DNA of 64,000 nt from Podospora anserina (lineage: Eukaryota). The notes under the pieces are model-generated. The model ran no database searches. It was not told the DNA's origin and saw only the letters and a program-made list of their open reading frames with translations. Below are positions 1 through 11,027 of the stretch, piece after piece (positions within the stretch are counted from its first letter, which is position 1; each line of letters starts with the position of its first letter). The stretch lies in contig CM030337.1 of the NCBI GenBank assembly GCA_017654855.1, positions 310,001 to 374,000 of the forward strand, read 5' to 3'. A program made the position numbers and the translations under genes.

Positions 1-803
1 ATGGCTCATTCTCAAAACAAGGGCGCGTTTTCCTGAGCCACCAACAGCAGCAGCTACTGTAAACTAGACGAGCGACAACGACGTCGGTGGTGTATCTTGC
101 TTGAACTATCCCCAGGACAGGTTGCAAAACAGCCCAAGCTTAACATCACCTTTTAAGACGCCAGCTCCATTGCGGACTTGGGGTCAGCTAATAGTTGAGG
201 AGCGGTGGAGTATCGATGTTATTTGTTACAGTCATTTTTGCTAGTTGCTTTGTGATGGGATGACTGATTACCTATTAGTGATTTTGGACGACTAGGCCAG
301 ACTCTCAATTAGATCTTCTCTTCTCATTGTGGGGCATAATTTTCACCATGAAACTTCAAGCAGCTGACTGGCCACGATAAGAAATCTGGTTTATTCATTG
401 GTACGTGCACAGTTGCTGTGCTGTGATGTATATACAGGTGAATTCGAGTTGGACTATTTTCCTTCACTAACACAGTGACCTCGATCACTTTCGAGCCGTC
501 TCCAACCCCTCTAGCAAGATTCTATTGGTATTTGGGAGCAATATTTGCGCACTGGCGACTATCACTTCTGCTTTGACAAGGTACCGCAACAGAAACACGA
601 TTTATTGCCTGTTGTTGACAACAGGTACCAATAACCGGCTCCAAATTGTTTGGTAAGTCCCGTTTCCAACTGTGTCAAACGAACCAACAGACCACTAACA
701 ACTTGATTTTCACCTCTAGGCCACATTCTCGGCACAAGTTGGGAGTAGCTACCATAAGAGGACGACCGGGGGGTTGAGTGCCTTTGCCCTCTCCCGGGTG
801 AGA

Positions 804-1920
804 ATGCCAGGGGCCTCCTTGAGCCAATCTACAAGTGCCGGGATAATGATCGCCGGGCTGTTACTTGTGGCACTACCCCTCGCGATTGGCGATAACATGT
901 GTGGCGAGGAAGCCCGAAGTCGAAAGAGGGATCTGTTTTTGCCTCTGTTGCTTACAACGGCTGCGCTTCTGTTGGTGGTGGGACGGACATTTGGCCGGTG
1001 GAAGCTAGGCAAAGGAACGCTCGAGGTCGATGATATTGTGATGATGATGTGTGGAGTGGGTTCAGTCCTGCATTTTCTTACATTCAACGCTTGGGGATCA
1101 ACACTGCTGACCATGGCTTCTTACGTAGCTGGCGTATTTGGTGATGTCAGCGACTAGTTACACCAGCAGTGCCTTGGTGTTTGGATGCGACTTGTGGCAT
1201 CTGAAGAGAGAGGACAGGATTCTGGGTCTCAAGGTACGCCTTCCCGAGTGAGCTTGAGGTTTCATGGGCCGGAATATGGTCATATACTCACGAGTGAGGT
1301 AGCTTCTATATGTGGTCGAGTCCTTTTAAATTGTAACGGTATCGCTGTCGAAGATTTCGATCCTTCTTTTCTTCCGCCGTACCTTCTCAAAACCGTGGTT
1401 CCAGACAGCGACACACGCGGTGTTGGGCTTGACCATTGTCGTCAACCTCGCTCTCCTCATAACACAAATAGTCCAATGTGTTCCTTTGAGCACCAACTGG
1501 GAAGTTGATACCCCACGAAATGGCCACCCGAACTGCATCAACTTACAGGTGTTTGTCGTTGTAGGCAGCGTGATAAACCTTCTGCAGGAATCGGTCCTGT
1601 TGGCGATGCCTATCCCTGCGATCTTGCGGTTGGCATTTCAGACCCGCCAACAGAAGGCAAACTCACTCATCATGTTTAGTCTTGGCATCTTTACGATTGT
1701 CTGCTCAGTTGTTCGTATCGTGTATGTCCTCAGAGTCGATGGAGCGGCAAACTTCAGCTGGGAGTACGTTGACGTCATTATCTGGACGAACATCGAAGCT
1801 AGCGTCACAGTGATGGTGCCTTGCTTGCCCGCAATGAGAGCGTTGATACTCGCTCGCAGGCGAGCAGCGAACAACCAGACAGGCAAGTGGTGGCGCCAAG
1901 TAAGAGACGCAAGATTCTGA
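804..1920 (+). pseudogene. PTH11-like (fungal rhodopsin-domain) 7TM protein with an in-frame premature TAA; probable pseudogene
   Basis: Splicing introns 1056-1128 and 1234-1302 gives ...CGEEARSR...LEVDDIV / FGCDLWHL...LK / LLYVVESF*IVTVSLSKISILLFFRRTF...QCVPLSTNW...LLAMPIPAI...WTNIEASVTVMVPCLPAMRAL, which are typical PTH11-like motifs. TAA at 1327-1329 is in frame with ORF 1420..1920. The start position is uncertain. Confidence 0.7.
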
Positions 1921-2681
1921 CTGACAGAAATTTAGCCCTAGCTCTTGACGAACTCCAATCTCCAGCACAGTCCTGAAGCACCTGGCCAGCATTACGCCAA
2001 CCTGATCCACGGCAGACCACATGAAGGAAGAAAGCAATTACTTCACATAAGTGCCTGGAGCAGACAACATAGATCATATACCAAAAAGCTTTCTGGCATA
2101 CCTCTCTTTGAGTTTGAAGGTGACTCCCGTCCCGTTGCCGACGAACCCATGTGCTGGCAAAGGCAGCCCTGGAGGTGTCTCGTTTACACGTGGACCGTCT
2201 CGATGACACGCGTGACACAAAAAATATGGCTTACCTATCTATGGCAGCTGCCGCAGGCATGTGAAATGCCGTGTAACTGCAAGACGTCCGTCATCCGACG
2301 ACAACTCCCGTCCCTATATCGGCCAGCTGGCCAGTGCATCAAGCCCCCACCACTCAGGGGGCGGGCGACACTGTTCGGTCGCCTGGTTAATCCGGTAATC
2401 AGTTGGGTTAGTGGATTCCAAACTTCCAGCGCATACTCAAGGTGGATTGGCGTCACAGCAAGCTCTCCAGCGCTTGGCCACCTTTGCTGCGCATCCCTTC
2501 AACATTTTTGCTTTGTCTTCACACCGCACCGTCAAACGCACTATGGCCAAACAATAAGCCACCCTCGCCCCGTATGCTAGAGAACCACCATTGATCTCCT
2601 CTGACACCTGCTGCGCTTTTGATTCTTTTTGCCTGTATTCTTTTCTGCTTCTCGAGCTACGTCACAATCGACACGTCCATC

Positions 2682-5436
2682 ATGAACGGCCACTTTGCGG
2701 CCATCGGCAATGGGCCGACGGCCAAGCAATACGACCATGGCATCCAGGTTATCGACGAAGACAAGTCTTTCAAGTTGGTGACACCCTCGGCCCTCGATTG
2801 CATGCAGCAGCTAGTTTTCATTGCATACACTGACATTTCAATTGCTAATGTAGCACAAACCTCAATGATTACCTTACCGAAACCCACGTCGCCGAGTCTG
2901 GCTTCAACTACCACCTGATCTCCGTCTTCGGATCGCAATCAACGGGCAAGTCGACCCTGCTCAACCACCTTTTTGGCACCCAGTTCAGTGTCATGTCCGA
3001 GACGGAGCGACGCCAGACGACCAAGGGAATATGGCTGTCTAAGAACAAAAGGGACAGCGCAAACGGCTCGCCCATGGCCGACAACATCCTCGTCATGGAT
3101 GTTGAGGGCACTGACGGTCGCGAGCGTGGTGAGGATCAAGACTTTGAGCGCAAGAGCGCCCTGTTCGCCCTGGCCACCAGCGAGGTTTTGATTGTCAACA
3201 TCTGGGAGCACCAAGTTGGCCTGTACCAAGGTGCAAACATGGGCCTGCTCAAGACCGTTTTCGAGGTCAACTTGCAGCTGTTCTTGAAGGATAGACAGTG
3301 CGTTATTATCCGGCCTCCTCTCTGCATCCCGAGGAATCGGCTAACACGTGGTAACCAGGTCCCAAACACGGTCCCTCCTATTCTTCGTCATCCGCGATTT
3401 CGTCGGCAACACCCCCCTCGAGAATCTGCGCACGACCCTGATTACGGACTTGTCAAAGATATGGTCTTCCATCTCCAAACCACAGGGCCTCGAAGACTCC
3501 AAGATTGAAGACTATTTTGACTTTGCCTTTTCCGCCCTACCACACAAGATTTACCAACCTGAAAAGTTCCTCGCCGAAGTAGACAGACTCGGCGCTCGAT
3601 TTACCACTGGCCATCGCTCGACCAAGGACCAAGAATTCGGCGGAGGCGTTTTCCTGCCAGAATATCACAGGAGAATACCCGCCGATGGCCTGTCAGTTTA
3701 TGCTGGAGGCGTCTGGGATCAGATTGTCAACAACAAGGATCTCGATTTGCCAACACAGCAAGAACTTCTTGCGCAGTTTAGGTGTGACGAGATCGCCCGC
3801 GAGGTACTGGTCGGCTTCGACACTGTTATCGCGCCTCTGGAGGAGCAGCAAGTGGAAGCAATCCGTCTCGGCAAGCCTGCAGCGGTACTGGCGGATCTCG
3901 GAGCTCAAGGCGCCGGAGCCCGCGAGAAGTGCATCAAGGCCTTCGAGACACAGGCCAGCCGTTACCACAAAGGTGTATACACGATGAAGCGGGGCGAGCT
4001 CGAGAGCAAGATAGATACTAGGCTCAAAGCTCTGTACCAGGCTCAGCTGACAGCTGCTCATAAGGCCGGCGTGGCTGCCTTTAGTGAAGCCGTGTCAGGC
4101 GCGGTCAAGGCAGGGCAAAAGGCGGGCGGATCGTATGAGTTCGCTGAGATTGTGGCGAAGCAAAAGGCCAAGACGCTGCAAATCTTCAAGACAGAGGCCA
4201 AGAGCCTGTCGATTCCGGGAGTGGCCTGGTCGAACTTCAAGCCCCAGTATAAGCTCTTTGAGAAGGAGCTCGATGAGGTCAGCGCGCGGTTGCGCAAGGA
4301 GGAGATGCGTCGTTTGGCCATAAGGGTCGAGCGCTGGGTCAGGTCTCGCTTGGGCGATGCCATTGGTTTGGAATTCAACAAGCTAGGGTCTGGACGGGGG
4401 GGCTCGGTTTCTCCTGAGGGTGGCGAGAAGCCAGCCACAGAAAAGGACCTTTGGGACCGGGTCTGGAATGCCTTCATTGGTATTGTCAAGGAGGCTGAGA
4501 CGAGATTTGCCGAGAGAGCCAAGAGCTTCGAGGCCAGTCCGGAGGAGGTCGAGGTCGGTCTTTGGCGACTGCGGCGCAAGAGTTGGGTCGCCCTGAGGGA
4601 GAAGATCGAAGAAGAGGTGATGGAAAGTAACATCCTCATGAAACTCCGCGAAAATTTCGAGGACAAGTTCCGGTACGACGAAGATGGCGTCCCGAGAATT
4701 TGGCGCCCGACAGATGACATTGAAGGAATTTATACCAAGGCACGCGAGTCAACCTTGGGCCTCGTTCCTCTGCTGTCGCGGTTTAGACTGTCGGAAACGT
4801 ATGCGCCACCAGACCTTCCAGCTTTCATCGGGGTCCAGCCTGCTGGCGTTGAGCCCGAAGACGAAGAAGACCTCTTGCCCATTGGCGGTATCGACGAGGA
4901 GGAAGGCAAAAGTCTCGAAGAGGAGACGACCGTTCTCGGTGAAAGTAAGCGGCAAGACCTGGTGGTGAGGTTCAAGAAAATGGCCGATGGAGTCTATGTT
5001 GAAGCCAAGCGAAGTGCCATTGGCGGGATCACCCAGGTGCCCTTGTACTTCTATGTTATTTTGCTGATTCTTGGGTGGAATGAGATTCTCATGGGTGCGT
5101 TACTCTTCTCTCGCCAGTGTCATTTCAACAGATGTCTGACAATTCACAGTTCTGCGAAACCCTTTCCTCATCTTGCTTATTCTTGTCATGGGCGGCGGTA
5201 CCTATATCGCCTACTCGCTCAACCTTCTTGGGCCCATGATGCAGATGAGCAACGCTGCCTTCAACCAGGCTGTTGACATTGGCAAGGACAGGCTGCGCGA
5301 CTTCTTGGTGAACAACGAGACAGCTAGACAGGCGCTTGCTGTTCCCGCACGGCAGATGGGTGCCGATATTAGCCTGGACCGGCTGGATAGCCGGGGTAAG
5401 AAGGCACAGGATATTTCAGACGATGATGACATTTAG
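2682..5436 (+). CDS. SEY1: Sey1/RHD3 atlastin-like ER fusion GTPase
   Basis: Motifs [17 protein letters not shown] and [23 protein letters not shown], plus a C-terminal TM hairpin. Introns 2774-2853, 3298-3358 and 5095-5149 join the ORF pieces in frame. Confidence 0.97.
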
Positions 5437-5704
5437 AGATGGTTCAGCGGACGGAGCAATTGGTTGGGGGAATCGGGACCATGAAGCTTACCTACATAGC
5501 TTGGTTGTTCTGGTTGTTTGTTATATGCAGTCTTGTTGTCGTCTAAGAAGCGTTGTGGGTAGAAGCGGATGCGGCAGGGTCAGCTGGTCATGATTTCATG
5601 ATTATGGTCCGCGACAGGATCTCTATGTATAATGTACTCAAAACTCCTTTGAACTCCGTTTTGCCCTGTTCCCCAATGTATTTCCAACCTTGATCCTTAT
5701 AATC

Positions 5705-6733
5705 TCAAAACGCCTCCAGCCCAGCTGGTGTCCCAAACCATGTGCCCAGCTCGTCGCCTTCTTCCTGGTCCTTAGCAGAGAAGAAATCCGTGAGGCGGTG
5801 AGTGTCACCATCATCATCCACCGGCCAGTCTACCTTGACTCCCTTAGGACCCTCGAGCATATCCTTCGCAGTTCCCCAACTAAATCGGCACTCTGGACCC
5901 CAGCCAAACACAGGGTGCATGTTGCCGCGTAGCCAAGTAACGCATCTCTGGTCTGACGGGTAACCCGAACCCCATTCCATATCCGTGTCCTCCTCGTTCT
6001 TGTCCTTCTCTTCCTCCCTGGCGGGCGGTCTGCCCCTAGTCTTCCACAAAACCTCTAAGGCGGCGTCTCTCGTTACTTTGGCGCATACACTGGCGGCGCT
6101 GACACAAGGGTACAGGCTATCCGCCTTTTTGGCCACTGTGATCTTGGCCGTTGGGAATATTCTCTCTAGCTTCTTCTGGTAGGCAGCGGGCTGCCCAATT
6201 GTGTCGACGTAGATCTCCTGAATGTTGACCCCCCTGTCGTAGATCCCCTGGATCAGTTGTACGGTTGCGTCCATGGCTTGCGCGTTGAGGTTGTAGGACC
6301 CGCCGGCATTGGAAGGGCGCATCATGCCGGCGGAAATATCGCCTGCTGAGAGAAGTGTGGTTGCCCAACCGCAGGACTGGTGAAGATCGGATCCAGCGGT
6401 GGAGAGCGTTTGCATGAGGGAGGAGCGGACTTGCGGGGTGAGGACTTTGGAATCATCAAAGTGGTGGGTTTGGCGAAGGAGGGGGTCGGAGAGTGGGAGA
6501 GGGAGGTAGAAGATGCCGTAGACCATTGGTCCGAGGACGGGACCACGGCCGGCTTCATCGACGCCGAGGCAAACGGGGACGGATTTTTCGGCTGAGGCGA
6601 GGAGTGATGGGGGAACAGGGGAGAAGTGAGTGTAGGATCGGCCGGAGAGGAGGGAGGAAGGAATCACGGAAGGTGGGATGAAGATGTTGGAGGGAGTTTC
6701 GTTTTCGATCTCGGCTGGCGTTGGCTCTTCCAT
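5705..6733 (-). CDS. RNH201: Ribonuclease H2 catalytic subunit A
   Basis: Motifs LGVDEAGRGPVLGPMVY, DDSKVL, VDTIG, KADSLYPCVSAASVCAKVTRD and WGSGYPSD. Single exon. Confidence 0.97.
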   Translation of the reverse strand: MEEPTPAEIENETPSNIFIPPSVIPSSLLSGRSYTHFSPVPPSLLASAEKSVPVCLGVDEAGRGPVLGPMVYGIFYLPLPLSDPLLRQTHHFDDSKVLTPQVRSSLMQTLSTAGSDLHQSCGWATTLLSAGDISAGMMRPSNAGGSYNLNAQAMDATVQLIQGIYDRGVNIQEIYVDTIGQPAAYQKKLERIFPTAKITVAKKADSLYPCVSAASVCAKVTRDAALEVLWKTRGRPPAREEEKDKNEEDTDMEWGSGYPSDQRCVTWLRGNMHPVFGWGPECRFSWGTAKDMLEGPKGVKVDWPVDDDGDTHRLTDFFSAKDQEEGDELGTWFGTPAGLEAF

Positions 6734-6906
6734 TGCGAGGGCTCTGGCGGGAGATGTTCCTGGTTGTTACTTGCTCGGTTCGCAGTATGAAGCTTGAGCC
6801 TGAGTTGGGATTGGAAGATTGTTGCAAGATTAAACTGAGTTGTTGGAGTGACAGTTGGAATGCTGTCCCCAGTTGAACCTGCACATGCCGAGGAAGCCTG
6901 AGTTCG

Positions 6907-6912
6907 ACGCGT
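6907..6912. promoter_or_regulatory. MCB-like element (ACGCGT) in the divergent RNH201/MIF2 promoter
   Basis: Exact ACGCGT, with a second CGCGT about 13 nt downstream. Both flanking genes have S-phase/chromosome functions. Function is inferred. Confidence 0.45.
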
Positions 6913-7376
6913 CTCAGACCGCGTCGTGGGGCTGCTCAGCCAATGGGAGACAGGCCCTCAAAGTGCTTCTGGACAGCGGCGCCCCCTCCCCAAAATCCCA
7001 GAGCTTTTGCCCTCTGTCGGCAGGCAAAAGGGAGAAAACAACTGCTGCATTGCAACGCTGCACAATCATAGAGCGCCGGACACAGCGCGCGCTCTTTTAA
7101 GTGTGGAACCGACCTGGAACCCCTGGCACAAAAATGCTGCCAAAGTAAACAACACCTCCCTCACCTTCGGTCGCTCTTTGTCAGAACCATCACCAACCCC
7201 GCCAAACCCAGTTGCTTTGTTCTTTCTAGGGGCATCTCGCGCTGTTTCTACCTCCCATATATACATACTGTCCTGCTTGCGCCTACCGTTGCTGCCACCG
7301 CGCTTCAGGCTTGCAGGCCAACAAACTCTAAAGCTTCCCTGAGGACGAGGACGAGAACAAGAATAAGGTCGCCGGG

Positions 7377-9820
7377 ATGCCGCCACGGCCGTCAATGGCG
7401 GCGCGCCGCACAACCACCCACCAAGCAGAGCATATCTATGAGCTGGGTGTGGTGGGAAGGTAAGCCCACTCTGCAGTGCACACAATCCACGCGAAGATGG
7501 GGATGGGGTTGACGCGACTGAATTGCCCATGACGCGACCAAGCGCAATGTTTGCCGCTGTTCGGAACTACGTTGCTAAACTATGGCGTTCTGACAGGAAA
7601 ACCGGTGTCATGCTCCCCGACTCGGGGGTGCGCGACGAACATGGCATGGAACCCATCGAGAATCTGTTCTCATCACCAAAGAAGCCTGACGATGAAGACG
7701 AAGAGGAGGAATCGGACGATGGCGACAGCGGGGAAGCGCCGATGGAGCTGACTACAAGTATGTTTGTTGCGCCTTTTTTTGTCGCCTCGGTGCACCTGCG
7801 CCCATGACAGTGACTGACTGAGGGTAGACCTGGGATTGGGGCCCGCGGCGCTGCTTAACGGACAGGCGAGTAGGTTTCCCGCGTTCTCGCAGAACCGATC
7901 GCCGGCCAAGGGATTTCTGAATTCACCGGCGCAGCGTAACAAACTGGTTGCCCGTAATACCGCAGCCGCACGGTCGAGCTCATCGCCAGCAGAATCGAGA
8001 CATCAGAGCAGCAGTCAGCCGACGCTGAGTCAAGGCGCGGCGAAGAGGCGCTTAGATTTCAACAGTGTGGGAAAAGGAGGACCGCATTCATTGTCGCAGC
8101 CTGTAATGGGTTCAAGGGGCGGCGCCTTTCCCGGCAGAACTCAAGGTAATGCGCGGTCGCTGTCGCTGTCCCATGATGAGGAATCCGAGGCTGGAAGCGA
8201 GGTGGACGACGTCAACAACTTTGTGGAAGAATCTATTGCTATACTCAACGGTGATGACGACAACCATGCCGCGTCGGTGGAACCAGAGGAGGAAGATAGC
8301 TCGGATGAGGGGTCCATGGTTGGTGATGATACCATGAGGCTTTCTGCTGCGCAACATAAGAAGGCTGGTCGACCAGCAAAATCGCAGGAGCCAGCGCGAG
8401 CCAAGGCAGCACCGGTCATTTCTAAGCCTGTCAAGCAGACGAAGAAGTCGGCAGAAAAGGCCTCGGTCGAACAGGAGCCAGAGGAGGGGTCTGAGGGCGG
8501 GGAGGAGGAGGAGAAGGAGGAAGAGATCCAACAGCCAACCAGACCACCCTCGAAGCCAGCAGCTCCAGGGAAACGCGGTCGTCCAGCGAGCAAGGCAAGC
8601 AACAAGGCACCCGAGCTAGCACCAGCGCCAGCTGCAGGTCGTGGACGGAAGCGACAAGCTGTTCCCGAAGAGGAGGAGGAGGAAGAAGCAACGGCCGAGC
8701 CCTCCCAAGAACCCCAGTCCAAAAAGAAGCGGACTGATGCCGGACCATCCAGGAAGAAGGCAACCAAAAATGAGAAAGCGACGGCAGCACCCGCCGATAA
8801 GCCCAAAAAGACCGCTGGACGAAAACGGAAGTCTTCCATTGCAGACCCCGGGGATGTGTCTGTCGTGGCCGTTTCCCGTCGTCCCCCACTTCCCAAATCT
8901 CGCGGTCTCCTCATCAATCGCCGCGAGATCCCAGGCGAGACTGACTCCATGTTTCGCACCCGCTCCGGCCGCAATTCGTTTAAACCCCTCGCCTTCTGGC
9001 GCAACGAGCAAGTCCACTACGAAAATGATGATATTAATGACAACTTTGCCAGCCGGTCCAAGCCTTCGAAATTTGTCCTTCCCAAAATCAAGGAAGTCGT
9101 CCGCGTGGATGAGCCAGAGCCAGAGTTCAGGAAACCGGGCCGGCGAGGACCCAAGCCCAAGGGCGGCGCAAGACCAGGAAGGAGGAGGAGATCCTCGTTC
9201 ACCGAGCAGATCATGGACAGTGAGCCAGCTGAACCCTGGGAGATGGAGCCGGGAACTGTTACGGGTGAGGTGGTCGTTTGGCAGCCACAGTACGAGTTCC
9301 AGCCCCCAGCACCCAACGACTTGGTCAGCGTCATGGATAAACAGCTTGCCATCAGCGGTCACGCCATCAAAACGACCGAGGTTGTCGGGGGCGAGTTCCG
9401 GTACGCAAAGGTCTTTTCTGAAGGGTTCATTGGTGCCGGCGTGGTCGATCTCCCTCCCGGTGCCATCAAGAGGCTCAAGAACTCCAGAAAGGTGTTTATG
9501 ATATTCTTTGTTCATGCGGGCAAATGTTTGGTTACAGTGCAGGAGACCAACTTCCGGATTAGCAAAGGAGGTATCTTTATCGTACCGAGGTGTAAGTCTT
9601 TTCCTCTTATCCGTCGCTCCAGGCAATTGAGATAGGCTAACAGTGCAACTCAGACAACGAGTATACCATTGAAAACGACTATGACAAGCCTACGAGGCTG
9701 TTCTTTTCTCAGGGCACCGAGGTACCATCGGAGCAGGAGGCGAGTGTTATGCCTAATGTTCATACCGATGGGGAGGATCAGGGAGACGAAGAGGAAGAGG
9801 AGGGTGGCGGGGAAGAATAG
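7377..9820 (+). CDS. MIF2: Inner kinetochore protein Mif2/CENP-C
   Basis: N-terminal IYELGVVGRKTG...RDEHGMEPIENLFSSP, CENP-C motif RTRSGRNSFKPLAFWRNE and a C-terminal cupin domain (FIVPRYNEYTIEN). Introns 7460-7596, 7758-7827, 9592-9653. Confidence 0.93.
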
Positions 9821-10268
9821 AAGAGCAGGAGTAAAACGAACTCTTGTTGGTTTTGTTGGGTTTCGGGTATTGCATAGGGTCGATGTCTTGGAAAGGTTGA
9901 TTGTGGTGGTTATGTTAATAAGATACCAATATCAGGCGCTACTTATTACGGCGCCCTCTCTCTCTTGGATTTTCTATCCCTTTCCGGCTTTGGGTTCCCC
10001 AGTACTTTGCGATAACAGTAGCAACAAGCATCCAGTTGTTGCACCAGTGATACCGACATAGATCATTTTCAGAATTGCTCAACAATACTTATCATGTTGC
10101 CCCCTGGGAGCTAGGCTGTCAAACTTGCGACCAAAACCAGACCAACAAGGCCTCTACTAACCTTGACACGATTGCGCTCCAATACCAGACCCAACAGCCA
10201 GCCAGCTTTTGTTGTAAAAGCAAAAGCAAAAAGCATTGCTAGACGGATGACTGTCTGCATGAAAAAGA

Positions 10269-10340
10269 TGACCCCGACCCGATTTGAACGGATAACCTTT
10301 CGATCTGGAGTCGAACGCGCTACCGTTGCGCCACGAGGCC
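10269..10340 (-). tRNA. tRNA-Trp (CCA), intronless
   Basis: Reverse complement GGCCTCGTGGCGCAACGGTAGCGCGTTCGACTCCAGATCGAAAGGTTATCCGTTCAAATCGGGTCGGGGTCA folds as a 72-nt cloverleaf with anticodon loop CTCCAGA and T-loop TTCAAAT. A T5 Pol III terminator follows. Confidence 0.96.
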
Positions 10341-11027
10341 TTGACTTGTTGTAAATGAAGTCAGGGGGGTTTTACTATAATTCCCTATGCTGTAATGATC
10401 TTCTGGATGTCAAACCATATTTTGCATGCTCAACAACTTACCTTCACAGAATACACATGTATCCTGGTTTTTCTTGATAAGCTTCGGTTGTATTGTACTT
10501 GGCTATCATCTAAGATCCCGTCATTGGCCGCATTCTTTCCGTCTGTTCAGCAATAGGGCGCCGACTTCAAACATACTCAACATTAGACAGGCGGTTATAG
10601 AAGGATAGATGTGTTGGCTGGTTGGAAAGGCAGCCAGAAAATGGAGAGATAGGGGCAGTGAGGTTCAGCTTTCATATTGCTATTGCCTCGAAACCCAAAG
10701 CTAAAGGGGCTGAAGGGTTGTGGACATGGAAGAGTAGAATAGCAAAGCGTGACAGACTTTTACTTGAGCAGGGCATACACTCTGGGTGTGGACAGTAGTC
10801 GAATCTCAGAGCCTGTTATATACCGTACTTTGATGCCTTCTTGGACAAGTAGCTGAACAAATAATGAACACGTGCAATTCAGGGTTTGATGAGTTATGCT
10901 GCTTCATGTCCAAGGTTTTTAATTATACAAAAGCAAAGCTATACACACGCATGATCTTCGTCCCATCGTAAAAGTATTGAGCTGAATTTCGTCCCATGCC
11001 CCATCGCCTGTAGCATTCAGGTCACAG

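Noticed and set aside
8112-9626. Long antisense and alternative-frame ORFs over MIF2 (similar ones over dynactin, TAF4, F-box and Uds1)
   Set aside because: These are expected shadows of GC3-biased coding sequence and show no independent protein features.
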